Both the position numbers and the translations under genes were made by a program. 64,000 bases of DNA, from IMG/VR virus record IMGVR_UViG_3300035210_000102, positions 28,354-92,353 of that record; one strand, given 5' to 3'. Below the pieces are notes generated by a model. It was not told the DNA's origin, did not search any database, and saw only the letters and a program-made list of their open reading frames with translations. The stretch comes from a virus (lineage: Duplodnaviria; Heunggongvirae; Uroviricota; Caudoviricetes). Position 1 is the stretch's first letter. Each line of letters begins with the position of its first letter. Shown in pieces: positions 1-9,449 of this stretch.

Positions 1-25
1 CAGCAGAGCATGCAGTTTTAGGTGA

Positions 26-622
26 GTGATGTTTGAATATGTTTCGCCGACGCTTTCTTACGATGAGTGGCTAAAAACGCTTTCGAACGATAAAGCGTGG
101 GCCGGAAGGCGGCGGCCAAAGAAAACCTTCACGCAGGCCGCGCCGCAACGAACAGGGTCAAGACGAGCCTTTCTTGGGCCGGAAGAGCGCCGAGAATATC
201 GCCGTACACCCGAGGGGAGAGTGAAACTACTCGCGGAAGGGGCCATTCAGCGCGAAAAACAAAAAGGAAAAAACACAACAACAGTGCGTGCCCTTATAGA
301 TAGCCTTCGCCCATTTCCTACTCATTGCCCGCTAACTGGCGTTGAATTGAGTTATGCCGGCAGCGGAAGCATTGCAGTGCGACACCCTAACGCCGCCAGC
401 ATAGACCAGATAATCCCCGGCGCTGGCTATGGAAACAACAACGCCCGCATTGTTGCTTTGCGAATAAATGTAATCTTGAGCAATTCCAGCGCAGAGCGGC
501 ACCGTGCTCTCGAGCAGAAACATCTTACTCTCGCCCAAGACCACCTCATCGCCGCAGAAGACCGCCTTCGCACCGAACAGCTCATCCAAGCCGCCGCCAA
601 CGACGCCGGCCCAGAACTCTGA
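26..622 (+). CDS. HNH homing endonuclease
   Basis: Motif HCPLTG...SIDQIIP...N typical of the HNH fold. C-terminal tail ...AAANDAGPEL is shared with the next ORF. Confidence 0.55.
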   Translation: MMFEYVSPTLSYDEWLKTLSNDKAWAGRRRPKKTFTQAAPQRTGSRRAFLGPEERREYRRTPEGRVKLLAEGAIQREKQKGKNTTTVRALIDSLRPFPTHCPLTGVELSYAGSGSIAVRHPNAASIDQIIPGAGYGNNNARIVALRINVILSNSSAERHRALEQKHLTLAQDHLIAAEDRLRTEQLIQAAANDAGPEL

Positions 623-634
623 AGTGAAAGCAAG

Positions 635-1126
635 ATGTTTGTAAATTATGCGGCGCGCGGCGAGGTCCGGCCCGATACTCCAGCGAGCAGGCGCTACTAT
701 CAAGGTCTTGCCGAGAACCCGCAACAAACCAAAGCGCGACAGTGCATTACAGATGCGTTTACAAACGATCGGGAGCGCTTATCTGTTGAAAGGACAAGAG
801 AAGAGAGAGCCTCGATCCGCGCGCTCTTAGTCTATATTTTACCGAAAGACCATCGCTGCCAAACATGCGGTAAATTATTTGACTACTCTGGCAAATGCTG
901 GGGGGATCGCATGACTATTGGTCATGTATTCCCTAATTTACCGATCGGTGCTTACACCGATGAGGGCAAATTTAACGCTGTTTGGGAATGTGGCGACTGC
1001 AACACCGACCAAGGCAGACTGTCACCCGCGCGAATGAGGATAGTTGCCGACCTCAAAGATGCCGCCGTCGCCCACGTCTCCCACCTCATCCTCGCCGCCG
1101 CCAACGACGCCGGCCCGGAACTATGA
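635..1126 (+). CDS. HNH endonuclease (second copy, zinc-finger type)
   Basis: HRCQTCG...IGHVFP...N...CGDCN Cys pairs flanking His/Asn. Same C-terminal AAANDAGPEL tail as ORF 26-622. Confidence 0.55.
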   Translation: MFVNYAARGEVRPDTPASRRYYQGLAENPQQTKARQCITDAFTNDRERLSVERTREERASIRALLVYILPKDHRCQTCGKLFDYSGKCWGDRMTIGHVFPNLPIGAYTDEGKFNAVWECGDCNTDQGRLSPARMRIVADLKDAAVAHVSHLILAAANDAGPEL

Positions 1127-1157
1127 CTATGCGAATCTAGCCACCCCCAACCGAGTA

Positions 1158-1892
1158 ATGCGTATGTCCACGAATGTTACCTTTGTCCTCGATCGCTCCG
1201 GCTCTATGCGCCTGATCGCAGGCGACACGATCGGCGCCCTCAATGCCTACATAGACACACTGAAGGAGGGCGACGCTGACATCACATTTAGCCTTTCCCT
1301 ATTCGATTCAATCGACTTGTACGGTGAGCTCGCCGGCGCCCGCATTGAATGCGTGCACACAAATAAGCCGATCAAAGAGGTCGAGCCATTCGCGCTTGAG
1401 GCTTACAAGCCCTGCGGGTTCACGCCTCTGATCGACACCGTCTACAAGACGATCAAAGAGGTCAGCAAAGCCACCAAGGGCACGGACACAAAGGTCGTGA
1501 TCTGCGTGCAGACCGATGGGCAAGAGAACTCATCGAAGAAGCACACCTGGGAACAGTTGAACGCCCTGGTCAAGAAAAAGACCGCCAAGGGCTGGCAATT
1601 CAATTTCATGGGCGCCGGCATCGACGCGTACAAGCAAGCCCGCCAAATGGGCCTGGATGCCGGCCAGACCATGTCCTACGACAGCGGCGACCGCATTTCG
1701 ACTGTGTCGGCATTCTCGGCACAAGCACGGAACACACGCCTGTACGCTTCCGGCAGCCTCGCCGATACGAACTATACTTCCGCACAGAAGAAAATGTCGG
1801 GCGACAAGTTTGTGCCGAAGAGCACCGCAACTGCAAAACCCAGGGGCGCCAAGAAAGCGCCTGTGAGCGCAAACGCGGACCCCGTGACATGA
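1158..1892 (+). CDS. von Willebrand factor A (vWA) domain protein
   Basis: MIDAS motif DRSGSM near the N-terminus, then later conserved T and D residues. Start chosen at the ATG giving MRMSTNVTFVLDRSGSM. Confidence 0.65.
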   Translation: MRMSTNVTFVLDRSGSMRLIAGDTIGALNAYIDTLKEGDADITFSLSLFDSIDLYGELAGARIECVHTNKPIKEVEPFALEAYKPCGFTPLIDTVYKTIKEVSKATKGTDTKVVICVQTDGQENSSKKHTWEQLNALVKKKTAKGWQFNFMGAGIDAYKQARQMGLDAGQTMSYDSGDRISTVSAFSAQARNTRLYASGSLADTNYTSAQKKMSGDKFVPKSTATAKPRGAKKAPVSANADPVT

Positions 1893-2119
1893 TCGGCATC
1901 CCTGACAGTATCCCCGTATGCGGGAACGACGAATGTCCCTCCGCTCAATCGTGTTTGCGGTTCCGTGCTGAGCCGTCCGCATATCAAACGGTCGAATTCT
2001 TCGCGCCCGGCATCGACGGCGTCTGCGAGGAGTACATGGACTATCACGACGAAGACGAGAGGCCAGCAAAGAAGCCACGCGCACGTCGCCGCCCGGCAGC
2101 CCGAAAGGATGCGGCGTAA
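1889..2119 (+). CDS. hypothetical Cys-rich small protein
   Basis: ORF with start overlapping the previous stop (ATGA). CGNDEC...C pattern and a basic C-terminus. Confidence 0.3.
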   Translation: MIGIPDSIPVCGNDECPSAQSCLRFRAEPSAYQTVEFFAPGIDGVCEEYMDYHDEDERPAKKPRARRRPAARKDAA

Positions 2120-2379
2120 TGCTGGATCAAGCTGTTTGGACAGCCGAAAACAAAGAAAGCGGCTTGTTCGTTCTGAAGGGGTTGCGCCGATGCGGCGTGG
2201 CCATTCTCGGGATAACTGATGGCGGGCGGGAAGGCATCACTTTTTGGTGCGAGCACGAGCCGGGGCTGCCGGATGAAACGATCGTGAAGGCCATCGAAGC
2301 GGCCATGGAAGCCGCTGGCTTCGACCCGATAGACGATGTCGAGGAGGAGACGAGCAAAAAGCCCGTCTACAATTCCTAA
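2119..2379 (+). CDS. hypothetical protein
   Basis: Tightly packed ORF in the same operon-like array. Confidence 0.3.
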   Translation: MLDQAVWTAENKESGLFVLKGLRRCGVAILGITDGGREGITFWCEHEPGLPDETIVKAIEAAMEAAGFDPIDDVEEETSKKPVYNS

Positions 2380-2621
2380 TGGACATCATTGCCAGCCTGT
2401 TCATCCTGGTCGCATTCGTTGCCGGCGCGTGGCTCGGCCGCTTCAGTAGCGGGCCTTGTTTCGAGATCGCGGACTTCGGCCAGGACCGCCGCGACAATGA
2501 GGAAGTCTTGCGCTATTGGCACAAGGCTCGCCCCATCCCGCCCGGCTGGGAACTCGCCAGCGATCTTGCCGACTGCCATCACGGCGAGTACGCAATCATC
2601 ATCCGTAAAGTAAAGCAGTAA
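2379..2621 (+). CDS. hypothetical small membrane protein
   Basis: Hydrophobic N-terminal segment IIASLFILVAFVAGAWLG. Start overlaps the upstream stop. Confidence 0.3.
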   Translation: MDIIASLFILVAFVAGAWLGRFSSGPCFEIADFGQDRRDNEEVLRYWHKARPIPPGWELASDLADCHHGEYAIIIRKVKQ

Positions 2622-2806
2622 AGGGCCCGCCCCATGGTGGACATGAAGAAGATTCTGGCGGAAGTCGACGCCGATCTCGACAAGGAGTTCGAAGCCGCCG
2701 CCAAGCGCAAAATCCGAGACAAGAAGGCCGCGATCGCCAACGCCAAGCGCGTCGTCGCCAACCTGGAAAGCGAGCTTGCCGTCCTTATCGAGACGTTGGC
2801 TGAACA

Positions 2807-3337
2807 ATGCGCCGCCACCTGAAACTCTTCTCCGATCCGCTGATCCTTCGCTGGGACGGCTGGGAAGGCCGCACAGACCATCTCCAATACATGGGCTGGC
2901 AGCTGAGTGCGGAGCAGAACGTTCGCCGCGCAACAATGCAGATCGCCGCCTATCACCCACACACGGGCATGTCGCTCATGACCGAGATGCAGGACTTTCG
3001 TTATTACTCCGCCGAAGAGTATTACGTGCGCGGCATCGCCCCCCTGCCCGCGCTGCAAGTCAAGGCGCTCGGCCGTGTCGAGCTGGTCTTGTATGGCGCG
3101 CCCCAAATCCAGTTGTTTGATCGCTTCGACCCGATCGACGCCAAGCCTCATGCGTGTGAGGTCACACGGAGCCGCATGGAAGACTTTTTCCATTTCGCCC
3201 CGGCAGCCTCGCCGAATGACCTGATTGTTCCCGACACGGCGATCCCCGAGCTGCTCGATCGCATCCTGAAGCTGCAGCAACCTGCTTGCGAGCAACGCGC
3301 GAAAGCCCGCGTGGCTGCTCGCCTTCTGACACTGTAG
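2807..3337 (+). CDS. hypothetical protein
   Basis: 176-aa ORF in the co-directional array. No recognisable motif. Confidence 0.35.
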   Translation: MRRHLKLFSDPLILRWDGWEGRTDHLQYMGWQLSAEQNVRRATMQIAAYHPHTGMSLMTEMQDFRYYSAEEYYVRGIAPLPALQVKALGRVELVLYGAPQIQLFDRFDPIDAKPHACEVTRSRMEDFFHFAPAASPNDLIVPDTAIPELLDRILKLQQPACEQRAKARVAARLLTL

Positions 3338-3347
3338 GAGTAACCCA

Positions 3348-3965
3348 GTGCGCCGCCGCCGCAACTATAAGAAACGCCCAAGGCTCACAGATGAACAAGG
3401 CCGCGCCCTCATCCCGGGCGGCCCGGTCGACGCCCGCGGCGCCCGTCGCGGCCGGCTGGCCCTTGAAGTCCGCGCCGCCACAGACAAGGGCACGCCGCTT
3501 GTCATGGGGCAAGTCGTCTCGACCCCTGTGCGCAAACTGTTCGATGAAGGCAACATCGCCGAGCCGCAAATTCACGCCGTTTCACGCTACGTCAATGATC
3601 ACGATACCGCTTATGCCGGCATGAAAAACCCGCTCGCCGCGCTGCATGTTGATGGCGGCACCCCGGGCGCCGGCGACGGGATGGAGCACCGCGCGGAATG
3701 CGGCGCCCGCTTCCGCGCCTGTAACAAATACCTCGGCCCGCGGTTAACTGATATTGCAGCCGCGTTGATTCTGGAGCATCCCAACGCGCAAACCGGCCCT
3801 TCCTATGTGGGAGCCGGGGCGCTCTGCCTGCCAAACGCCAATCGCGACGACCAGCGCGCCGCCGGCCGCGCCACCTTGTCTCTCGTAACCCAAGAGATCG
3901 CCTACTTCTACGGAAGCGGCGCCCGCCACCCGCGCAAAAGGACAGCACATGGCCCCCAGAGCTAA
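3348..3965 (+). CDS. hypothetical protein
   Basis: 205-aa ORF with basic N-terminus. No motif recognised. Confidence 0.35.
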   Translation: MRRRRNYKKRPRLTDEQGRALIPGGPVDARGARRGRLALEVRAATDKGTPLVMGQVVSTPVRKLFDEGNIAEPQIHAVSRYVNDHDTAYAGMKNPLAALHVDGGTPGAGDGMEHRAECGARFRACNKYLGPRLTDIAAALILEHPNAQTGPSYVGAGALCLPNANRDDQRAAGRATLSLVTQEIAYFYGSGARHPRKRTAHGPQS

Positions 3966-4129
3966 AGAGACGTACCGCGGCTATAAGCGCAATCATGAGC
4001 CGGACAAGCGCCGATCGGGTCGCGCTCAAGCGTTGAAAGCGGACAGACGCAGCTGCGGATGGACGATCGCGCAATATGACGGCTGGATTTCAGCCCTCAA
4101 ACGCGTAGAGACAAGAACAGAGGCGCCCG

Positions 4130-4411
4130 ATGTCGGATTTTAGGTACGTCACCAGAGACGACGAGACCTATGGGCGCGACCCGCGCGACATGAGCGTCGA
4201 GGAACTCAACCGCATGGGGCATATAAAGATGCCCATGCTGAAAGTCATCCGCGAGAAGTGCACCGACTGCTCCGGCGGCTCTATTGGCGAGGTGCGCAAA
4301 TGCACGGCGTTCAAATGCGCGCTCTGGCCCTATCGCACGAACAGCAACCCGTTTACCGGGAAACTCGGGCATGCCGCCGCGTTCGCCACTTTAACGCCGC
4401 CTTCATGCTGA
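4130..4411 (+). CDS. hypothetical zinc-ribbon protein
   Basis: CTDCSGG...KCTAFKC four-Cys cluster. Confidence 0.35.
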   Translation: MSDFRYVTRDDETYGRDPRDMSVEELNRMGHIKMPMLKVIREKCTDCSGGSIGEVRKCTAFKCALWPYRTNSNPFTGKLGHAAAFATLTPPSC

Positions 4412-4841
4412 TCGCGAATCGCGCTTGCGAATCAATTACGCAGCCCGCATACTGATTACGCATCGTGAGTACTCGCGGCGACCCTTCCACAAAGGTGAAG
4501 AGCAACCGTTACACCGTTCCTCTTTCTTCTGCGTGCATTCACGATGCACCCCCTGACGATCAACTGGACGGAAGACCCCGTTGATTTCTCAGGCTGAAAG
4601 AGTGGCGGCTCGATGACCGACAGACTGGGTTAGGGGTTCTCCCCGGTCTGTCGGCCCAGCTTTCTTGGAGGGCTTTGCAGTGTACATCCTGGCTCGAGAA
4701 ATGTTCGAGCATCTTGATCGCGAGCCACACATCGATCTCTTCCCGCTCTGGGTTAGAGGCTGCATCTTGGTTAGCGTATTCCTGCTCGGCCTCGCTGTCT
4801 GGGGTGGCGTCATAATGGCAATTCTGTATCTCTCAAGCTGA

Positions 4842-5279
4842 GTGAATTCAATGAGCTTTGAATCTTGCGGCCTTATCCCGCCACCGACCTTCAATCCCAC
4901 CGCTGAGCAAATCAGAAGTCTGCAGCAAGCGGCTATCTGCCAAACGTACCCGGCTTATTCAACCTCACCGCTTTCGCCTTCGGTCCAAAGCCTCACATCG
5001 CAGGAAATGAACCGCCTCATCGAGTCTTCCCGCGAAGAAGGCCGCCGGGCGGGCTATGGTGAGGGGTATGAGAAGGGTTTCAATACTGCAATCGAAAGAC
5101 TTGAGCGCAAAGCAAGCGATCGCCTGGACTGCATTATCGACGTGTTCGATTGCGCCCGCGAAATCGCGGAGGAAAAGGCCGACGCCGCCGATTGTTATGA
5201 TGGCGAAAAGGTCCGGTTCAGCTGGAAATTCCACGCGACCCAACTCAAAAAGCTGCTGGAAACAGCGCGCAAGCTCTAA
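4842..5279 (+). CDS. hypothetical protein
   Basis: 145-aa ORF ending immediately before the tRNA-like gene. Confidence 0.35.
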   Translation: MNSMSFESCGLIPPPTFNPTAEQIRSLQQAAICQTYPAYSTSPLSPSVQSLTSQEMNRLIESSREEGRRAGYGEGYEKGFNTAIERLERKASDRLDCIIDVFDCAREIAEEKADAADCYDGEKVRFSWKFHATQLKKLLETARKL

Positions 5280-5286
5280 AGTTTTC

Positions 5287-5362
5287 GCCCTTGTAGCTCA
5301 GCGGTAGAGCAGCCCCCCTGTAAGGGGCAGGTCGCGGGTTCAAATCCATGCCGGGGGCACCA
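5287..5362 (+). tRNA. tRNA-like gene (anticodon loop cctgtaa, possibly TGT/Thr) with a disrupted T-stem
   Basis: Acceptor stem gcccttg/cgggggc with two G-U pairs, D-arm gctc..gagc, anticodon stem gcccc/ggggc, T-loop ggttcaaatcc and a CCA end. The 3' T-stem reads ccatgc where cccgc is expected, so it may be a pseudo-tRNA or att remnant. Confidence 0.5.
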
Positions 5363-5388
5363 ATACAGTACGCAGGTTGCATAATTTG

Positions 5389-5424
5389 TTTGACGCATAG
5401 GTGCATTCCGTGTAATCCTGTTGT
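5389..5424 (+). promoter_or_regulatory. putative sigma70-type promoter (ttgacg ... tgtaat/taatcc)
   Basis: -35-like ttgacg followed ~17 nt later by a taat-containing hexamer in the 350-bp non-coding gap after the tRNA. Confidence 0.2.
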
Positions 5425-5944
5425 CATAATCAAGAACTACGACGAATACTTGGGCGTCCCGGCCTCTGTTTGCGATCCTGGTTCTCCTTGACGGTCTTGC
5501 GTTTTCTCCCCGTGCCCCATCCAAACGGCGACCTTAGCAATAGGGTCGCCGTTTTTCGTATATGCTGACGGGAATACTTGTCGGCATTGACCGCCGCCCT
5601 TACGCTCCGCGCGATTCCTTTTTTGGGTCGGCCCGCGCACGCCTATGTGGGCCCTGAAAGTTTACGCCTGTCTTTTCGGCCAAAACAGGCGATTCCTACT
5701 CATCGTAAGAGGTCCCATGCCAGCTCGCATCAAGCTGTTGTGCACGCTCGTTCAGCCGCTCAGCTATTCCGACCGTGTGCATTTCAAAGTTCTGTCCGAT
5801 GACGCGCCTGATGCACCGACCATTGCCGGCAAGCTGACCATCGACGTTTCCAGTACGAACGACAACCCACCACTTTTCGAGCGCGACCGTACCTATGCCG
5901 CGGACATTGTAGAGCTCGACTGACCCCCAACCCTGTAGGCCCAC

Positions 5945-6118
5945 ATGGCAAAGAGTAAAGCCCCCCAGAAATGGAAAGAGGGTAACGCAGTTGATGAGCA
6001 GATGGATGCCGCCGAGGAAAAGGTTGGCATCGCCAAAGAGTCCAAAAAGGACAGGGCCATCGACAAGATTATGAAGTCGGCCGGCAAAGCCAAGCCCAAG
6101 GGCAAGAAGCGCAAGTAG
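5945..6118 (+). CDS. hypothetical small Lys-rich protein (57 aa)
   Basis: ATG at 5945, stop TAG at 6116-6118. Translation MAKSKAPQKWKEG...KPKGKKRK. This ORF is below the cutoff of the supplied ORF track. Confidence 0.25.
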   Translation: MAKSKAPQKWKEGNAVDEQMDAAEEKVGIAKESKKDRAIDKIMKSAGKAKPKGKKRK

Positions 6119-6119
6119 C

Positions 6120-6479
6120 ATGCCCATCAATCGAACTGAGGGCGAGATCATCGGCAATCTGGGCGGCGACTTCGAGATTATGCCCGTCGAGATATATGCC
6201 GCCACCGATGAGTTTAAGCAGGCCTGCGAACACGCCGCCGCCAAATTCAAAGATGCTGGCGTGATCGAAACGCCCCTCCGCTTCCATGTCGACGATGTGC
6301 AGGCGCAATACTATCCGCGTGCCAAGCCCGCCCCGCTCCTTGTGTTCCTGTTTTGCAAGAAATGCCGCGGCGGCCACGACTCCGCTGAAGGCCCCAAGCG
6401 CGAAGATATGCCGATCGAACGTTTCGTCACTTATCAGTTCAGCGTTATCGACACGCCGCACGCGCCAGGACACGCCTAA
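6120..6479 (+). CDS. hypothetical protein
   Basis: 119-aa ORF directly upstream of the terminase small subunit. Confidence 0.35.
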   Translation: MPINRTEGEIIGNLGGDFEIMPVEIYAATDEFKQACEHAAAKFKDAGVIETPLRFHVDDVQAQYYPRAKPAPLLVFLFCKKCRGGHDSAEGPKREDMPIERFVTYQFSVIDTPHAPGHA

Positions 6480-6673
6480 TGCCTTGGACCCCCGCCCAAT
6501 TCCGCAACCGGCACAACCGGAAACTCACACTCGCCCAAGCCAAGAAAGCGACAGAGATGGCAGCCGCCATGCTGCGCGGTGGCGTCCCCGAAGGCGAAGC
6601 AATCGCGACCGCAAACAAGCACGCCCGCGACAAACCCAAACCCAAAGGGAAACAACATGGCAAAGAAACCTGA
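6479..6673 (+). CDS. hypothetical small basic protein
   Basis: 64-aa ORF. Start overlaps the previous stop. Confidence 0.3.
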   Translation: MPWTPAQFRNRHNRKLTLAQAKKATEMAAAMLRGGVPEGEAIATANKHARDKPKPKGKQHGKET

Positions 6674-6753
6674 AAAGCCGAAAGGCGACAAACCCAAGGG
6701 CGGCAAAGGTTGCGGCCCCAAAAAGTGTTAACGAAAAGACCAGGCGCTAGTTA

Positions 6754-7389
6754 ATGCCCGGCACCATCCCCAAGGATAAACGGGGCAGCAAAGGTCTCAC
6801 GTTTTCGCAAGATAAGTTCGCGAGGGCGCTGGTGCAGACCGGCACCTACCATGAAGCTTTCCTGATCGCTCGCCCCGAAACAGCCAAACCCCTTACACGT
6901 GCCGAACGTTCGATGCGCGGCCGGGTTTGGGCCAACTACCCGCCCGTCGCGAAGCGCATTGACCAAATGCGAGCACAAGCCCGCAAGCGCAACGATGACG
7001 TTGTCGACCGCCTCATTCACGAGCTCGCCGGCATCGCATTCTCCGACATCCGTGATGTTCTCGACTTCGACAAAGACGGCGTCACGATCAAGAATTCCGA
7101 AGACATCCCCGACAGCGTCGCGCGCACGATCTCCGAAGTTTCCAGTGATGGCGACAAAGTGAAGGTCAAACTGTACGACAAGCTAGCCGCGATCGATAAG
7201 CTGGGCAAGCACCTCGGAATGTTTGTCGAGCGCCGCGAGCTTACCGGCGCCGGCGGCAAAGACCTAATTCCCAAGCAAATGGACGATTTAGAGCTTGCCC
7301 GCCTTGTGGCCTTTCTGATGGGCAACGGCGAGCGGCAACAGGCGGCCTTGACCGTCATCGACACTGACAGCGAGACCGTCAATGAGTGA
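6754..7389 (+). CDS. terS: terminase small subunit
   Basis: LTFSQDKFARALVQTGTYHEAFLIA...RVL.ELAGIAFSDIRDV...KLYDKLAAIDKLGKHLGMF matches the P27/Terminase_2-type small-subunit pattern. Confidence 0.6.
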   Translation: MPGTIPKDKRGSKGLTFSQDKFARALVQTGTYHEAFLIARPETAKPLTRAERSMRGRVWANYPPVAKRIDQMRAQARKRNDDVVDRLIHELAGIAFSDIRDVLDFDKDGVTIKNSEDIPDSVARTISEVSSDGDKVKVKLYDKLAAIDKLGKHLGMFVERRELTGAGGKDLIPKQMDDLELARLVAFLMGNGERQQAALTVIDTDSETVNE

Positions 7390-7891
7390 ACAAGACAGCT
7401 ACTCAACCCGCATCTATACGGTGCCATTTGTCGCCTTTCCCGTCTCCACAACGGCCGGCGCTTCTTATTATGACTTGTGGGCCGGAACCGCGACGACCGT
7501 CGGCCGCGTCGAGCTGAAAGAGGTCAACCTCGGCCAGCTCTCAACGGCCACCGCCGGTAACCAACAACTCAATGTGCAAATCTATCGCGGCTCGACTGCG
7601 ATCGGCGGCGGCTCTGCCGTTACGCCGGTGAACTTGAAAGGCTGGGCGACAGCCCCGGCCGCGGGCACCATTGTAAATGCGCCAGCCGCAACCCTGTCTT
7701 CGACCGTCGCGGCCACCCTGGTCATCGCCGACAACACGGACTGGTCGGGCAACTGGGACTATAGGCCAGACGATTTCGAAGAGCTTACCATCGACACCGG
7801 GCAAAGCTTCTTTGTGCGCGTCTCGGCGCCTCCCATACTCACGTATCTGTCGGGCACCCTGAAGTTTAAGGAAGTCACGAAGACAAAATAA
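7382..7891 (+). CDS. Ser/Thr/Gly/Ala-rich structural-type protein (paralog family member)
   Basis: Low-complexity beta-type composition. Motif IYRGSTA is shared with ORF 22839 (IFRGSTA). Confidence 0.4.
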   Translation: MSEQDSYSTRIYTVPFVAFPVSTTAGASYYDLWAGTATTVGRVELKEVNLGQLSTATAGNQQLNVQIYRGSTAIGGGSAVTPVNLKGWATAPAAGTIVNAPAATLSSTVAATLVIADNTDWSGNWDYRPDDFEELTIDTGQSFFVRVSAPPILTYLSGTLKFKEVTKTK

Positions 7892-8739
7892 TGTGCGCCA
7901 ATTCCGTCCTCATCACTGGCGGCACCGGCACGCTCGGCAACGCGCTGGCCCGCCACATCCTCAATTACGACCTATCGGACCGCATTTGCATTTATAGCCG
8001 TGGCGAGCACGCCCAGGCTGAAATGCGCGAACGTTTCAACAATGACCCCCGCCTGCGCTGGTTTATCGGCGACGTGCGCGACGCCAGCCGGCTCCGGCGG
8101 GCTATGAACGGTGTCGATCTCGTTATTCACGCCGCCGCTCTCAAGCGCATCGAGGTCGGCTTCTACAATCCGCTCGAGATGGTCAAAACCAATGTCGACG
8201 GAACCGCTAATGTCATCGAAGCATCGCAAGATGCCGGCGTGTCCAAAGTTGTCTTTGTTTCCTCAGATAAGGCCTATCAGCCGGTTTCGGCCTATGGCTT
8301 TTCCAAGGCGCTCGGCGAGGCGCTGATTCTCGCCGCAAATAACACCACGGGAGACACTACGCGTTTTGCGGCGGTCCGCTACGGCAATGTCTGGGGCTCT
8401 AATGGGAGCGTCGTGCCGAAATGGCGGAACATGGTCGCCACCGGCGCGAAGGAAGTCCCTGTGACGGACCCCGATTGTACACGCTTTTTTATGCGAATCG
8501 ATCAGGCTGTTAACCTTGTGTTAGAGACGGCGCAGTCAATGATGGGTGGCGAACTCGCCATTCCTGATCTTCCCGCGTACCGGATGGGAGACCTCGCGCA
8601 AGCGTTCGGCGTAGGCCCTCGCGTAGTCGGACTTCCCCCGTGGGAAAAACGACATGAGGGCATGTCGGCCGACAAGACCAGCGACAAAGCCCGCCGCATG
8701 AGCGTTGACGAACTGCAAGCGCTTCTGAAGGCCGCATGA
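7891..8739 (+). CDS. UDP-GlcNAc 4,6-dehydratase/epimerase (PseB/CapD/FlaA1-like SDR, short form)
   Basis: ITGGTGTLG Rossmann motif, IYSRGEHAQAEM, FIGDVRD, VIHAAALK, SSDKAY...YGFSK (catalytic YxxxK). Confidence 0.7.
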   Translation: MCANSVLITGGTGTLGNALARHILNYDLSDRICIYSRGEHAQAEMRERFNNDPRLRWFIGDVRDASRLRRAMNGVDLVIHAAALKRIEVGFYNPLEMVKTNVDGTANVIEASQDAGVSKVVFVSSDKAYQPVSAYGFSKALGEALILAANNTTGDTTRFAAVRYGNVWGSNGSVVPKWRNMVATGAKEVPVTDPDCTRFFMRIDQAVNLVLETAQSMMGGELAIPDLPAYRMGDLAQAFGVGPRVVGLPPWEKRHEGMSADKTSDKARRMSVDELQALLKAA

Positions 8740-9449
8740 GCAACCCGTTCGACATCAATCGCGAGTTTGAGGCGGCGATCGGCCTGTACACCGGCTCGCC
8801 CTATGTTGTCGCGGTCAACAGCTGCACCTCTGCGCTGTTCCTTGCGCTCAAATGGCACGAGATGAACAAGTTCGGCCGGGATGATTTTGAAGAGATTTAC
8901 GACTGGCCTGTCACGGTGACCATTCCGAAACGCACCTACGTGTCAGTCCCGATGCAAATCAAGCTTGCTGGGCTGCGCCTCGCATTCGAGGACAAAGAAT
9001 GGTCCGGAATGTATCCGCTAAAGCCTTTCCGCATTTGGGATAGCGCCCGATGGTTCACGGCGGGGCTGTTCCATAAGGCCTGCACCACCGGCGGTGGCCA
9101 CCCCCACAACTATGTGTGTGTCAGCTTTCACAGCACCAAGACGCTCGGTATCAAGCGCCGTTGGGGCGATGAGTACCGTGAAGGCTGGGACATCGAGCAG
9201 GGCGGCGCCATCCTGCACAATGACGCCGCGGCCGACAAATGGTTCCGCCGCGCCCGCTTTGACGGTCGCACTGAAGGCGTACCTGCGGCGGAAGACACCT
9301 TCGATATGCTCGGCTACCACTGCTACATGAACCCGAGCACGGCGCGGTTGGGGTTGCAGTTGTTACGTCGGTTGCCAAAAGATAACCCCCCGCTCCCCAA
9401 CGACCCCTACCCCGATTTGAGTAAGGCGCCGATTTTCAAATACGCCTAA
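8736..9449 (+). CDS. DegT/DnrJ/EryC1-family aminotransferase-like protein (short)
   Basis: AVNSCTSALFLAL, SFHSTKTLG (PLP-Lys region) and GYHCYMNPSTARLGLQLL near the C-terminus. Confidence 0.45.
   Translation: MSNPFDINREFEAAIGLYTGSPYVVAVNSCTSALFLALKWHEMNKFGRDDFEEIYDWPVTVTIPKRTYVSVPMQIKLAGLRLAFEDKEWSGMYPLKPFRIWDSARWFTAGLFHKACTTGGGHPHNYVCVSFHSTKTLGIKRRWGDEYREGWDIEQGGAILHNDAAADKWFRRARFDGRTEGVPAAEDTFDMLGYHCYMNPSTARLGLQLLRRLPKDNPPLPNDPYPDLSKAPIFKYA

Noticed and set aside
1044-1157. Upstream extension of the vWA ORF overlapping the second HNH gene.
   Set aside because: The extension is Pro/Ser/Thr low-complexity and overlaps the HNH C-terminus. The ATG at 1158 gives a compact gene with the MIDAS motif near the N-terminus.
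5287-5362. Assigning a definite anticodon/isotype to the first tRNA-like gene.
   Set aside because: The anticodon loop has C at position 33 and the T-stem is broken. The Thr/TGT reading is only the most parsimonious, so the isotype was left open.
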